A stretch of 64,000 nt of DNA from Candidatus Latescibacterota bacterium. Lineage in GTDB: Bacteria > Latescibacterota > UBA2968 > GCA-2709665. Under the pieces are notes generated by a model. The model was given only the letters and a program-made list of their open reading frames with translations, was not told the origin of the DNA and did no database searches. Positions 63,282 to 64,000 of this stretch are shown piece after piece. Within the stretch, counting starts at the first letter, position 1, and the number at the start of each line of letters is the position of its first letter. The stretch is taken from positions 4,928,001 to 4,992,000 of the forward strand of contig CBDCOX010000002.1 of assembly GCA_965219995.1 (NCBI GenBank), read 5' to 3'. Position numbers and translations under genes: made by a program.

Positions 63282-64000
63282 GTGGCCAAGAGCCGGAAGA
63301 ACGCAAAAGCAGGCGAGACCCAGCCGAAGAAGACCGTCCGCGTGGCGATGATCGGCGCGGGGGGTCGCGCCACCAGCGCGCATTATCCCTCTCTCAAGGC
63401 GTTAGAGGGCGTTGAGATGGTGGCCGTCTCGGAACTGAGCGAGCAACGCATGGCGGACGCGGCCGATCGATTCGGGATTCCGGGGCGGTATTCGGACTAC
63501 AGAGAGATGATCGAAGAGGAAGAACCGGATGCGGTCTACGCCATCATGCCGCCCCATCATCTGTACGATATCGGGGCAACGGTGATGGAGATGGGTTGCC
63601 ACCTTTTCATCGAAAAACCCCCTGCGATGACCACGGAACAGACCCGGCAGATGGCGCTGATTGCGAAGAAGCACAACGTGCTTACGGGCGTGACGTTCCA
63701 GAGGCGGTTTGCGCCGGTGATCCGGTACGGCAAGGAGCTCTGCGAGAAGCGGGGGGCCGTTCACAGCGCCGTGTCCACCTTCTACAAGAACGCCGTGGGC
63801 GGGGCGCCGTACTACCGGGGAGCGATTGACATCCTGACGTCCGACGCCATCCATGCGGTGGACACGCTCCGCTATCTCTGCGGCGGCGAGGTGGAGTCCG
63901 TCGCCAGCGACGTCCGTCGGGAGGGATCAACCCACACCAATATCTACCTGGCGCTGGTAAGGTTCAGTTCCGGGGCAACCGGCGTGCTGCTCACCAACTG
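63282..64000 (+). CDS. Gfo/Idh/MocA family oxidoreductase (runs off the window end)
   Basis: Manual translation VAKSRK...VRVAMIGAGGRA...HYP...PDAVYAIMPP...HLFIEKP; GGAGG RBS. Confidence 0.88.
   Translation, partial: MAKSRKNAKAGETQPKKTVRVAMIGAGGRATSAHYPSLKALEGVEMVAVSELSEQRMADAADRFGIPGRYSDYREMIEEEEPDAVYAIMPPHHLYDIGATVMEMGCHLFIEKPPAMTTEQTRQMALIAKKHNVLTGVTFQRRFAPVIRYGKELCEKRGAVHSAVSTFYKNAVGGAPYYRGAIDILTSDAIHAVDTLRYLCGGEVESVASDVRREGSTHTNIYLALVRFSSGATGVLLTN

Overview
GC-rich bacterial chromosome segment. Gene content (WD40 protein with an EF-hand/dockerin-like tail, PhyH, tandem UxuA paralogs, DGGGPS-like UbiA, XPB helicase) suggests an uncultured FCB-group marine or sponge-associated bacterium such as Latescibacterota or Gemmatimonadota; this is inference. 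Layout: (1) 1-5.6 kb, a 1482-aa metallopeptidase/WD40/Ig protein and a PhyH dioxygenase. (2) 5.7-21.5 kb, a defence island beside the 3' end of tRNA-Ala(GGC): type I R-M (hsdM, hsdS, hsdR) interleaved with a Schlafen/HATPase protein, a DUF559 nuclease, a PIN protein and many intact or broken toxin-antitoxin genes. Several palindromic repeat families punctuate it, and one has inserted in frame into hsdM. (3) 21.7-45.3 kb, core genes: ligA, UbiA-type prenyltransferase, XPB helicase, tsaD, ftsK, lolA, frameshifted prfB, lysS, lolD, clpC, bamA, skp, fabZ. (4) 45.7-51.8 kb, an aapJQMP-type amino-acid ABC transporter and a DMF-amidase-like gene flanked by a MITE-like heptamer-rich element. (5) 52-58.6 kb, an AT-richer island: regulator, HlyD adaptor, peptidase-less ABC exporter, CPBP protease and a 116-aa glycine-zipper peptide with a CxxCH motif. 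(6) 59.5-64 kb, a sarcosine-oxidase-like gene, two uxuA paralogs and a Gfo/Idh/MocA oxidoreductase. The best candidates for undescribed systems are the peptide export cluster and the DUF559/palindromic-repeat system. All assignments come from motifs read by eye; no database searches were run.
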